Assembly (NCBI GenBank): GCA_044866005.1
Contig: JBIOTN010000059.1
Location: 1 to 18,189 of the forward strand
Length of the DNA: 18,189 nucleotides
DNA from: Candidatus Rokuibacteriota bacterium
Lineage (GTDB): Bacteria; Methylomirabilota; Methylomirabilia; Rokubacteriales; DASRDR01
Direction: 5' to 3'
In this document: in pieces, positions 1-8,345 of the stretch
Layout of the letters: every line of letters starts with the position of its first letter
How positions within the stretch are numbered: position 1 is the stretch's first letter
Position numbers and translations under genes: made by a program
Notes under the pieces: model-generated
Seen by the model: only the letters and a program-made list of their open reading frames with translations
Databases searched by the model: none
Told to the model about the DNA's origin: nothing

Positions 1-90
1 GTTGCCGGGCGGCCCCGCGAACCCGGCGGCCACGCTGTCGAAGGCTCGTCGGGTGTCCAGCAGCCGGGGATCGACGCCGGTCAGTTCCAC
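1..90 (-). CDS. Partial CDS (5' end only, runs off the left edge); probable class I SAM-dependent methyltransferase
   Basis: GTG at 90-88 overlaps the end of the radical SAM gene. The frame is open to the edge: VELTGVDPRLLDTRRAFDSVAAGFAGPPGN. 'AFDSVAA' resembles the N-terminal 'FDxxAxxYD' helix of class I methyltransferases (compare AFYDRIASTYD in 1797-2465). Only 30 codons are visible. Confidence 0.5.
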   Translation of the reverse strand, partial: MELTGVDPRLLDTRRAFDSVAAGFAGPPGN

Positions 91-1586
91 TCCCGGCTCA
101 GGTCGGGCACGGCCGGCGTGGAGGTCGGCGTGACGAGGCGGGTCGGAGCGGCGTTGCGGTATCGCGCTTCCGTGCGCGCGAGCTCCGCCCACTCCTCGTC
201 CAGGCGCTCCAGCGCCGCGCGGGCGCCGGTGTCGGTGGGCGGGAGGGTCGCCAGCCGCTGGCGCAGCTCGAGATCCTGGTGGAGCAACCCGTGCAGGCGG
301 CGGTAGAACGCCGACGGGTAGGTCCCCCGGAACATCATCGCCAGGTCGTGGCTGTCCACCCAGTTGGTCTTGGAGCCGAGCTGGTCCTTCACCATGCGGT
401 GGAACTTGGTGCCGGGCAGGGGATAGCTGACGCTGACGCCGATGCTGTCGGGCAGGGTGTCGCGCACCATCCCCACCGTGGCGAGGATGTCCTGGAAGCT
501 CTCGCCGGGGTAGCCGAACTGGAGGAAGAAGCCGACCTTGATGCCCGCCGCCTTGAGCCGGGCCCGCGCCGTGCCGATCTGCTCCACGGTGATGCCCTTG
601 TCCATGGCGTCCAGGATCCTCTGGCTGCCGCTCTCGGCGCCCAGCCACACCTCCACGCACCCGGCCTGCGCGAGCGCGGCGACCGAGGGCTCGGTCATCA
701 GATCGGCGCGCGTCTGGATCATGAAGGGGATGGCCGCGTCGCGGGCCTGGACCTCCCGGGCGAACTCGGTCACCCACTCCGGCCGCAGCCCGAAGATGTC
801 GTCGGCGAACCAGATGTGATCCGGCTTCACGGTCTGCTTGACGCGGCGGAGCTCCTCGGCGACGTTCGCCGCCGAGCGCATGGCATAACGCTGGCCCCAG
901 ATCGGCTTGGCGCACCAGTTACAGTGGAACGGGCAGCCGCGCGTGCTGACCATGTTCACGCTGAAGTGCCCGTGCGCGCGCTCCCACGCCGCGCGGTAGC
1001 GCTCGACCTCCACGAGGTCCCAGGCGGGAAACGGGAAGGCGTCGGGCCGGCGCTCGGGCGCGCGCGGGCGCGTCCGGCGCACGCCTCCCGGGGCGGCGGG
1101 ATCGGGAAAGGCCAGCCCGTCCAGCTCCTCCAGGGGCCGGGCGATCCGGCCGCTGAGCGCGTCCACCAGCTCCCGCAGGGTGTGCTCGGCCTCCCCGATC
1201 AGCGCGTACTGGACGCCGTGCCGGAAGTAGAGCTCGGGGCGGTCGGTCACGTCGGGCCCGGCCGCGATCACGACGGCGCCACCGCCGCTGGCGGTCTCGC
1301 TCATGCGCTGCGCCGCCTCGCGCATCCGGCTCAAGCACATCTTGACCAGGAAGTTGAAGCTGTCCTCGTAGAGCGCGACGACCCGCGGCCGGTAGCGACG
1401 CACGGCGTCCTCGAACTCGTGCTCGCCGTCGGACAGCATGGCGTCGAAGAGGGCGACCGAATAGCCGGCGGCGCGCAGGAGGGCGGCGGCGTAGAGGGTC
1501 GCCAGCGGGGGATAGGGCCGCATCTTCGCGATCTGCTTGGGGTCGTACTTGAGGAAATAGGAATGGGCGAGCAGGACGTCGGTCAT
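81..1586 (-). CDS. B12-binding domain radical SAM protein (class B methylase-like), paralog 1
   Basis: N-terminal cobalamin-binding fold (YPPLATLYAAALLR..G..V.LFD; GPDVT..PE; GEAEHT), TRGCPFHCNWC CX3CX2C motif at 912-935, FADDIF, GAESGSQRILDAMDKG, GYPGES, YPLPGT. ATG 1586 (MTDVLLAHSYFL) aligns with the start of the 5674 paralog; GTG 1613 is an alternative start. Confidence 0.93.
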   Translation of the reverse strand: MTDVLLAHSYFLKYDPKQIAKMRPYPPLATLYAAALLRAAGYSVALFDAMLSDGEHEFEDAVRRYRPRVVALYEDSFNFLVKMCLSRMREAAQRMSETASGGGAVVIAAGPDVTDRPELYFRHGVQYALIGEAEHTLRELVDALSGRIARPLEELDGLAFPDPAAPGGVRRTRPRAPERRPDAFPFPAWDLVEVERYRAAWERAHGHFSVNMVSTRGCPFHCNWCAKPIWGQRYAMRSAANVAEELRRVKQTVKPDHIWFADDIFGLRPEWVTEFAREVQARDAAIPFMIQTRADLMTEPSVAALAQAGCVEVWLGAESGSQRILDAMDKGITVEQIGTARARLKAAGIKVGFFLQFGYPGESFQDILATVGMVRDTLPDSIGVSVSYPLPGTKFHRMVKDQLGSKTNWVDSHDLAMMFRGTYPSAFYRRLHGLLHQDLELRQRLATLPPTDTGARAALERLDEEWAELARTEARYRNAAPTRLVTPTSTPAVPDLSREWN

Positions 1587-1625
1587 GAAGCGCTCGAGCG
1601 TGCCCTCCGCCACGACGATTGGCGC

Positions 1626-1655
1626 ATGCTAGCCGGGGCCCGCGGGACTTGTCAA
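1626..1655 (-). promoter_or_regulatory. sigma70-type promoter for the leftward radical SAM gene
   Basis: Minus strand TTGACA (1655-1650), 18-nt spacer, TAGCAT (1631-1626), about 40 nt upstream of ATG 1586. A perfect -35 box is notable in such GC-rich DNA. Confidence 0.6.
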
Positions 1656-1796
1656 GGGACACACGCCGCGCCGCCCGCCGCGCGGGCGCGGCCGGCGGCT
1701 GGCGCACCGCGCCCCACCTCGGGTATGCTGGGCGGCGCACCGGGCCGGGACCCGCGCGAAGAACGGAGGCTGTGAACGGCCGACTCTCCGTGCGCG

Positions 1797-2465
1797 ATGA
1801 TGTCGGAGCGTGAAGGGCCGATCGCGTTCTACGACCGGATCGCCTCGACGTACGACGCGCGGCTGTCCGGCCCCCGCGACGTCGGGACACGCGGGGCATT
1901 TCACCGCGAGTTCGCGCGGCGCGTGCCCCCCGGCCGCCGGGTCCTCGACTTCGGCTGCGGCACCGGCATCGACGCGCTCCGGCTGGCCGGTCGCGGCGAT
2001 CACGTCGTTGCCTACGATGGATCGGCCGGAATGATGGCCGAGCTGGAACGGCGATGCGCCGCGGCGATCGCGGCCGGCTCGGTGGAGGTCTGGTGCGCGC
2101 CGCTCGAGGAGTTCGTGCGCGCCGTCCCGGGCACCGGCCGGTTCGACGCCGCCATCGCCAACTTCGCGGTGCTGAACACCGTCGCCGACCCGAAGCCGGT
2201 GCTGGCGGCGATCGGCGCGGCGCTACGGCCGGGCGCGCTCCTCCTGGCCAGCGTCCTGAACCCGCTCCACTGGCGCGCCGTGCGGCCGGGCCGCTGGCGG
2301 GTCGTCCTGTCGGCCGTTCGCGGCGGGTCGGGTCGGTGCCCGGGGCCGGTGGAGACCTTCTGGCACTCGCGCGCGTCCCTGGCGCGGGCCGCCGCGCCGG
2401 CCTTCGAGACCGAGCGGGTGAAGGGCGGACGCTTTCTCTTCCTGGCGTTCCGCCACCGCGGATGA
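1797..2465 (+). CDS. Class I SAM-dependent methyltransferase
   Basis: VLDFGCGTG motif I, VVAYDGSAGM, FDAAIANFAVLN, LRPGALL. The stop overlaps the next start (ATGA 2462-2465). Confidence 0.9.
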   Translation: MMSEREGPIAFYDRIASTYDARLSGPRDVGTRGAFHREFARRVPPGRRVLDFGCGTGIDALRLAGRGDHVVAYDGSAGMMAELERRCAAAIAAGSVEVWCAPLEEFVRAVPGTGRFDAAIANFAVLNTVADPKPVLAAIGAALRPGALLLASVLNPLHWRAVRPGRWRVVLSAVRGGSGRCPGPVETFWHSRASLARAAAPAFETERVKGGRFLFLAFRHRG

Positions 2466-3295
2466 CGAGCCGGCTGCGGCGCCTCCTGCGCCCCTTCGCG
2501 CCCCGGTACGAGGCGCTGGGGCTCGCCACGGCGCCCGGCGAGGTGCGCGTCGAGCTCGAGGCCGACGGCACGGCGACGGACGTGACGACGGCCCACGTCG
2601 CGGCGTCGCTGCGCCCGTTCGCGATCGCGGTCGGCTACGCCGGTGGCGCCTGGGCGCGCCTCGTGGTGCGCCGTGCGGGCGCGGAGGTCGGCGCGATCGA
2701 GCTCGAGCGCGTCGCGCCCAACGGGTCCTCGGAGGTCGCGATCCTCCGCCGGGGCGCCGTCCACGACGGCCGGGCGGCCCGGCGTTCGATCGTCGGGCTG
2801 CGGGGCCGCGACCTCGACGACCGCGCCGTCGCGCTCTACTACGTGCTGCCGCGGCCGGTGGGCATCGTCGCGCTCGCGACCGGCGCCCTGTTCCCGATGG
2901 ACCTCGTGGGGCCCCTCGGGACCGGACGCTTCGCCCTGGCCCTGCGGCGGGAGAGCCGGGCGCTCGGGACGATCCGCGCGACGCGCCGCCTCGCGTGGTG
3001 TCTGGCGCCGGCCGCCCGCCGGGAGACGGTCTACGAGCTCGGTCGATTCCACACCTCGGCGGGCCCGGTCGACCCGCCGCCCTTCGGCCGGGTCCCGAGC
3101 CCGCGCTTCCACCTCTCCTGTCCCGACTTCTCGCTCGCGATCGCCGAGATCGAGGTGGACGCCACCGTCCAGGCCGGCTCGCACGTGCTGCTCGTGGGCC
3201 GGTCCGTGGCGGAGTCCCGGCTCGCGCCGGGGCCGGCGCTCTTCCATCGCGTCGCCGGCCCGGTCGGCGCTCCGGGGGAGCGCGCCTCCCGATGA
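2462..3295 (+). CDS. Flavin reductase-like (FMN-binding split barrel, DIM6/NTAB-like) protein
   Basis: ATG 2462 is coupled to the upstream stop, and its own stop overlaps ATG 3292. The C-terminal half has PRPVGIV, FALALRRESRALGTIRATRRLAW and EIEVDATVQAGSHVLLVGR, the last matching the flavin-reductase 'GDHxxxxGxV' motif. The track start at 2054 is over-extended. Confidence 0.65.
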   Translation: MTSRLRRLLRPFAPRYEALGLATAPGEVRVELEADGTATDVTTAHVAASLRPFAIAVGYAGGAWARLVVRRAGAEVGAIELERVAPNGSSEVAILRRGAVHDGRAARRSIVGLRGRDLDDRAVALYYVLPRPVGIVALATGALFPMDLVGPLGTGRFALALRRESRALGTIRATRRLAWCLAPAARRETVYELGRFHTSAGPVDPPPFGRVPSPRFHLSCPDFSLAIAEIEVDATVQAGSHVLLVGRSVAESRLAPGPALFHRVAGPVGAPGERASR

Positions 3296-4008
3296 ACCGC
3301 CTCACGCGCGCATGGACCCGGTTCTGGTTCGGGGTGCAGTGGCCGCTGCTGCGACGCCGCGTGGGTCGGCTCGTGCTCGAGCGCCTGGACGGCGTCCGGC
3401 TCCTGGTGCTGCCGGAGGTGTTCAACCCGGCGGTCTTCGCCTCCAGCGGGTTTCTCGCCCGCGCGGTGGCGACCCTGCCGCTCGCCGACCCCCGGTCCGC
3501 GCGGCCGGCGTCCCCCGACGGGGACGGGGCCCGCGTCCTCGACATGGGCACCGGCTCCGGCGTGGGGGCGATCGTCGCCGCCCGGCGAGGGTTCCGATCG
3601 GTGGGCGTCGACATCAACCCGGCCGCCGCGCGCTGCGCGCGCATCAACGCCCTCCTCAACGGCGTGGAGGACCGGGTCGAGATCCGCCACGGCGACCTCT
3701 TCGACCCGGTGCAGGGCGAGCAGTTCGACCTGGTCCTGTTCAATCCGCCGTTCTTCCGGGGCGTCCCCGGGTCCGCCCTCGACGCCGCCTGGCGGGCGAC
3801 CGACGTCGTGGAGCGCTTCGCCGCCGGGCTGCCGGCCGCGCTGGCGCCCGGCGGCCGCGCGCTGCTCGTGCTCTCCACCGAGGGAGATGCCGGCGGGATG
3901 CTGGCCGCCCTCGCCGGTCAGGGGCTGACCGTGGAGCCCGTGGCGCGGCAGGACTGCGGCAACGAGATCCTGACCATCTACGCGGCGTCCCGATCGGGCG
4001 AGCGGTAG
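3292..4008 (+). CDS. HemK/PrmC-like (NPPF) SAM-dependent methyltransferase
   Basis: LLVLPEVFNP, VLDMGTGSGVGA, GVDINPAA, HGDLF, FDLVLFNPPFF, LAPGGRALLV. ATGA coupling at 3292-3295. Confidence 0.9.
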   Translation: MNRLTRAWTRFWFGVQWPLLRRRVGRLVLERLDGVRLLVLPEVFNPAVFASSGFLARAVATLPLADPRSARPASPDGDGARVLDMGTGSGVGAIVAARRGFRSVGVDINPAAARCARINALLNGVEDRVEIRHGDLFDPVQGEQFDLVLFNPPFFRGVPGSALDAAWRATDVVERFAAGLPAALAPGGRALLVLSTEGDAGGMLAALAGQGLTVEPVARQDCGNEILTIYAASRSGER

Positions 4009-4019
4009 GCGGCGCCTCG

Positions 4020-5570
4020 ATGGCGAAGCCGCGCGTGATCCTGGTCAACCCGCGGATCTGCGCCCGGGAGAACATCCGGCTGCCGCTCTCGGTGCTGGCC
4101 CTCGGCGCGGTGCTGGAGGACCGCTACGACTACGAGATCGTGGACGGGAACGTCGAGCCCGACGCGACCGGCGCCGTGCTCGGGGCGCTGGCGGCCGGCC
4201 CCTGCGCGCTGCTCGGCCTGACCGTCATGCCGGGCCCGCAGGTGGGCCCCGCGATCGCGATCTCGGCCGCGGTCCGGGCGGCCCATCCGGCCGTCCCCAT
4301 CGCGTGGGGCGGGTACTTTCCGACCCTGTACGCGAATGCGGCCATCAACGCGCCGTACGTGGACTACGTCGTGCGCGGCCAGGGCGAGGAGACGCTGCTG
4401 GCACTGCTCACGCGGCTGCCCGATGCCGGGCCCCCGGGCCCGGGCGCCTCCGCCCGCGACGGGCGCGCGCTCCGAGGACTGCCGGGGCTCACCTGGAAGG
4501 ACGACGGGGGGGTCGCGCACAACGCGGAGCGCCCGTTCCGCTCGCCCGACGACTTTCCGCCCTTTCCCTACCACCGGCTGGGCGAGGTCGGGCAGTACCT
4601 GCGGCCGACGTTCCTGGGAGGCCGCACCGGCGTCCATCAGGCCGCCATCGGCTGCCGGTACCGGTGCACGTTCTGTGGCGTCGTCTCGATGTTCGACGGC
4701 CACACCCGGCTCCAGGGCGCCACACGCCTGCGCGAGGCCCTGACCACGCTCCGGGATCGCTACGGCGCCACGGCCGTCCAGTTCTTCGACCACAACTTCT
4801 TCGACGCCGAGGCGTCCAGCGGGCCGATCCTCGAGGAGCTCGCCCGGGTCGGGATGCCCTGGTGGTGCTATGCCCGCGCCGACACCCTCGCCCGGTTCTC
4901 GACCCGGACGTGGGAGCTGATTCGCGAGAGCCGGCTCCGGATGGCCTACATCGGCGCCGAGGCGGCCAGTGACGAGGTCCTCAGGCGGATGAAGAAGGGC
5001 ACCCGGGTCGAGCACACGCTCGAGGTCGCCGCCCGCTGCCGCCAGTACGGCGTCATCCCGGAGTTCTCGTTCGTCCTCGGCGGACCCGAGGACCCGGAGG
5101 GCGAGATCGACCGGACGTTCGCGTTCATCAAGCGGCTCAAGCGACTCCATCCGGAGTGCGAGGTGATCCTCTACTTCTACAGCCCGACGCCCCAGCGCGA
5201 CCCGCGAACCGTCGGGCGCGAGAAGGGGGAGGGCGCCGGGCTGCCGGTCCTGGCGAGCTACGGGCCCGCGGGGCCGGCCTTGCCCACGACGCCCGAGGAG
5301 TGGACCGAGCCCCGCTGGGTGAGCTACGTGTGCCACCGGGACGCCCCGTGGCTGTCGCCAGCGCTCCGGCAGAAGGTCGCCGACTTCGCCACGGTGCTGG
5401 CCTGCCGCTTCCCGACCGTGCAGGACGTCAAGACCCCTCGCTGGGGACGAGGCGTCCTCCGGGAGCTGGCCCGCTGGCGCTACCGCGCCGGCCGCTACCG
5501 GAACCCGTGGGAGCTCTCGCTCGCCCGGCGGCTGGTGCCCCTCCGCCAGCCCGAGCGGGAGAGCCTCTGA
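4020..5570 (+). CDS. B12-binding domain radical SAM protein (divergent third type)
   Basis: MAKPRVILVNP, LPLSVLAL, IVDGN, GLTVMPG, WGGYFPT, VVRGQGEET (B12 domain); GCRYRCTFC at 4653-4676; FFDHNFF; IGAEAASDEVLRRMKKG. ATG 4020 lies 11 nt after the methyltransferase stop. Confidence 0.92.
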   Translation: MAKPRVILVNPRICARENIRLPLSVLALGAVLEDRYDYEIVDGNVEPDATGAVLGALAAGPCALLGLTVMPGPQVGPAIAISAAVRAAHPAVPIAWGGYFPTLYANAAINAPYVDYVVRGQGEETLLALLTRLPDAGPPGPGASARDGRALRGLPGLTWKDDGGVAHNAERPFRSPDDFPPFPYHRLGEVGQYLRPTFLGGRTGVHQAAIGCRYRCTFCGVVSMFDGHTRLQGATRLREALTTLRDRYGATAVQFFDHNFFDAEASSGPILEELARVGMPWWCYARADTLARFSTRTWELIRESRLRMAYIGAEAASDEVLRRMKKGTRVEHTLEVAARCRQYGVIPEFSFVLGGPEDPEGEIDRTFAFIKRLKRLHPECEVILYFYSPTPQRDPRTVGREKGEGAGLPVLASYGPAGPALPTTPEEWTEPRWVSYVCHRDAPWLSPALRQKVADFATVLACRFPTVQDVKTPRWGRGVLRELARWRYRAGRYRNPWELSLARRLVPLRQPERESL

Positions 5571-5584
5571 CACACCGGGACGTA

Positions 5585-5614
5585 TTGACAGTCGCGCGGC
5601 GCGGATGCTATACG
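5585..5614 (+). promoter_or_regulatory. sigma70-type promoter with extended -10, upstream of radical SAM paralog 2
   Basis: TTGACA (5585-5590), 18-nt spacer ending TGc, TATACG (5609-5614). A GAGGAG RBS-like sequence precedes ATG 5674. Confidence 0.55.
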
Positions 5615-5673
5615 CCAGAGCGCTCGACCGTCGCCGGCGCTGTCCGGCCTGAGCGAGGAGCGGACGCGACACC

Positions 5674-7065
5674 ATGGCCGACATTCTGCTGACCCACGGC
5701 TACTTTCTCTGGGAGGACGAGAAGGAGCAGCAGATCATGCGGCCGTATCCGCCGCTGGGGCTGCTCTACGTCGCGGCCTATCTCAAGCGGGCGGGCTTCG
5801 AGGTGGAGCTCTTCGACAGCACGCTGGGCAGCCGCGAGGAGCTCTTCGCGCGGCTCGCGGGGGGACGGAGCGGGGTCCTCGGGGTCTACACCAACCTGAT
5901 CACCCGGCGGGCCGCCCTGGACATCGCGGCCACCGCGAAGGCGCACGGCTGGACGGTCGTCCTCGGCGGGCCGGAGTCGGCCAACTACCCGGCCGAGTAC
6001 CTGGCCCGCGGCGCCGATGTCGTCGTCGTGGGCGAGGGCGAGGAGACGCTGGCCGAGCTTCTGCCGGCGCTCGCGCAGCGCGGGCCCCACGACCTGTCCG
6101 GTATCGCCGGCATCTGGTTCCGCGACCAGGCGGGGCGCGCGATCGCCACCCCGCCGCGCCCGCAGATCGCGAACCTGGACGGCCTGCCCTGGCCCGACCG
6201 CGCCATGGTGGACATCCCGCAGTACGTCGACATCTGGCGCCGGCATCACGGGATGGGGAGCGTGAACCTCATCACGGCGCGGGGCTGCCCGTACCGCTGC
6301 CGCTGGTGCTCGCACGCCGTCTTCGGGTTCACCCACCGCCGGCGCAGCCATCTCGACTGCGCCGACGAGCTGGAGTACATCCGCGACAGCTACCACCCCG
6401 ACCAGGTCTGGTACGCCGACGACGTGTTCACCATCCACCATCGCTGGCTCTTCGAGTACGCGGCCGAGCTCCGGCGGCGCGGGCTCCGGATGCCCTTCGA
6501 GACCATCTCGCGGGCCGACCGCCTCATGAAGGAGGACGTCCTGGCCACGCTGGCGGAGATGGGGTGCCATCGGCTCTGGATCGGGTCGGAGAGCGGCAGC
6601 CAGCGCATCCTCGACGCCATGGAGCGCGGGGTGAAGGTGGAGCAGGTCCAGTGGGCGACGCAGGCCGCCCGGCGGCACGGGATCCAGGTCGGGATGTTCC
6701 TGATGTGGGGCTACGAAGGCGAGACGCTGACCGACATCGAGGCCACGATCGAGCACGTCAAGAAATCCAATCCGGATGTCTTCCTGACGACGGTGGCGTA
6801 CCCCATCAAGAACACGCCATACTTCGACGCGGTCGCGGACCGCGTCCGGCTGGGCAAGAGCTGGGAGGACGCGAGCGACCGCGACTACGTGGTCGCCGGC
6901 CGCTCCTCCCGCGCCTACTACCGGGAGGCCGACCGCTGGCTGCGGGCCGAGGTGGCCGCGTTCCGCCTGGCGGCGGACGACCCGGTGGAGGCGGCGCGCC
7001 AGCGCGCCGAGGCGGAGGCGGCGCGCACGGCGCTCCTGGCCGCCGCCGGCGAGACGGAGGCCTGA
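5674..7065 (+). CDS. B12-binding domain radical SAM protein (class B methylase-like), paralog 2
   Basis: MRPYPPLGLLYVAAYLKRAGFEVELFD, LGGPE, VVGEGEET, ARGCPYRCRWC at 6286-6309, YADDVF, GSESGSQRILDAMERG, GYEGET. Confidence 0.94.
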   Translation: MADILLTHGYFLWEDEKEQQIMRPYPPLGLLYVAAYLKRAGFEVELFDSTLGSREELFARLAGGRSGVLGVYTNLITRRAALDIAATAKAHGWTVVLGGPESANYPAEYLARGADVVVVGEGEETLAELLPALAQRGPHDLSGIAGIWFRDQAGRAIATPPRPQIANLDGLPWPDRAMVDIPQYVDIWRRHHGMGSVNLITARGCPYRCRWCSHAVFGFTHRRRSHLDCADELEYIRDSYHPDQVWYADDVFTIHHRWLFEYAAELRRRGLRMPFETISRADRLMKEDVLATLAEMGCHRLWIGSESGSQRILDAMERGVKVEQVQWATQAARRHGIQVGMFLMWGYEGETLTDIEATIEHVKKSNPDVFLTTVAYPIKNTPYFDAVADRVRLGKSWEDASDRDYVVAGRSSRAYYREADRWLRAEVAAFRLAADDPVEAARQRAEAEAARTALLAAAGETEA

Positions 7066-7066
7066 C

Positions 7067-7091
7067 CCGGCGCGGGCGCCCCCCGCGCTGG
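7067..7091. terminator. GC-rich hairpin between convergent genes (possible bidirectional terminator)
   Basis: CCGGCGCGGG-cgccc-CCCGCGCTGG forms a 10-bp stem with one G-U pair, between the stops at 7065 and 7096. There is no U-tract. Confidence 0.4.
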
Positions 7092-7095
7092 CTGC

Positions 7096-8328
7096 CTAGC
7101 GATCCCCCGACTCGTAGCGCCGGAGCAGCAGCCCGAACGCGACCCCCCCGAGCACCAGCGAGCACGCCGCCGTCGTCATGACGGACGGGTAGCCGTAGCC
7201 CGTGAGCGCGGCGCCTGCCAGCGGCGCTGCCGTGGCGTTCGCGCAGAAGATCACCAGGTACATCAGCGAGGACGCGCCGCTCCGCTGCGCCGGCGCCACC
7301 TGCGTCATGAGGAGGCTCTCCATCACGGGCTCGTCCATCCACTGGAAGGCCAGGTAGCCGGCGAAGCCGCCCGCCGCCGCCCAGCCCGGGGGCCCGCTGG
7401 CCAGGAAGGCGAGCGACAGTCCGGTGAACACCTCGATGACCGTGATCCCGTGGACGGCGCCCAGCCGCCGCACGATGAGCGGGGCGAGCAGGATCGCGAC
7501 CACCTGCGCCAGCTGCCCGGCCGAGAAGACGAGGCCGATCTCGTGGACGGGCATCCCGAGGTACCGGGCGAAGTAGGCGTTGGCGAAGGGGTTGAAGGCT
7601 CCGGTCCCGAGGTTGAGGAAGGCCAGCGCGACGAGGAAGCGCCGCACGAAGGGGCCCCGCGGGTAGGGGGCCCGGGCCTGCGGGTCGGCCGGCGCCAGGC
7701 GGAGGTGGAGGCCCGGCCAGATGCCGAGCGCCGCGATCGCGCAGGCCACCAGGAGGGCGGCCTGCTTGCTCTTCTCCGGCGCGGTCGTGTCGAGGACGGG
7801 GCCGAGCCACCCCGGCAGCCACCCGCCCACCGCGTCGGCGAGCATCCCGACGCCGATGCCCGACGCCAGGTAGGCGCTGAAGCCGGCCGTCCGCAGCTCC
7901 ACGGAGGTCAGCTGGGACAGGGTCACCGGAATCGAGATGACCCACACGGCGAAGGCCACGCCTCCCAGGAAGGCCGAGCCGAGCAGGGCCGCCTCGCCGA
8001 CGACCACGGCCCGCGCCGCCGACACCGCCGCCATGGCGCCGAAGCAGGCCAGCAAGGTCGGCTTGAGGCCGAGCCGGCGCGTGACGGGCACCGCCAGCAG
8101 CGTGCCCGCGACGGTGCCGGCGGTCATCGCGCTGGTGACGAGCCCGAGGAAGTCTTCGCGGAAGCCGCGGTCCAGCAGGTAGAGGTTGTAGAGCAGCACG
8201 AAGACGTAGAGCCCGAACGTGAAGAGGCCGGACGTCGCGAGGAACATCCAGAACGCGCCCGACAGCCGGAAGAACGACGACCCGGGCCAGCGGGCCTCGG
8301 GCCGCGCGGGATCGGCCGCCTGGTCCAT
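7096..8328 (-). CDS. MFS transporter (probable exporter)
   Basis: 410 aa with roughly 12 hydrophobic segments; motif-A-like VTRRLGLK and IVRRLGAV; NLYLLDRGF; GGGAG RBS upstream of the ATG. Confidence 0.9.
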   Translation of the reverse strand: MDQAADPARPEARWPGSSFFRLSGAFWMFLATSGLFTFGLYVFVLLYNLYLLDRGFREDFLGLVTSAMTAGTVAGTLLAVPVTRRLGLKPTLLACFGAMAAVSAARAVVVGEAALLGSAFLGGVAFAVWVISIPVTLSQLTSVELRTAGFSAYLASGIGVGMLADAVGGWLPGWLGPVLDTTAPEKSKQAALLVACAIAALGIWPGLHLRLAPADPQARAPYPRGPFVRRFLVALAFLNLGTGAFNPFANAYFARYLGMPVHEIGLVFSAGQLAQVVAILLAPLIVRRLGAVHGITVIEVFTGLSLAFLASGPPGWAAAGGFAGYLAFQWMDEPVMESLLMTQVAPAQRSGASSLMYLVIFCANATAAPLAGAALTGYGYPSVMTTAACSLVLGGVAFGLLLRRYESGDR

Positions 8329-8345
8329 GCGCTCCCGCGCCGGGC

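Noticed and set aside
1614..1796. Cobalamin or SAM riboswitch in the intergenic regions near the B12 enzymes (also 5571-5673 and 9707-10080)
   Set aside because: I could not find the conserved B12-box/GGGAA-ACTG or SAM-I core sequences by eye. An Infernal/Rfam scan would be decisive.
1766..1813. GGAGG followed by GTG 1772, opening a 13-codon peptide (VNGRLSVRDDVGA) as a possible precursor or leader peptide
   Set aside because: SD-to-start spacing is too short, the ORF overlaps the methyltransferase start, and nothing else supports it.
2643..4019. N-terminal extension giving a 975-aa radical SAM ORF (2643-5570)
   Set aside because: The extension is Arg/Pro/Ala-rich off-frame translation overlapping two real genes; recognisable protein starts at ATG 4020.
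81..7065. Naming the radical SAM genes bchE, hpnP or hpnJ
   Set aside because: They share the general B12-radical SAM architecture, but there are no photosynthesis or hopanoid genes in the window to support a specific assignment.
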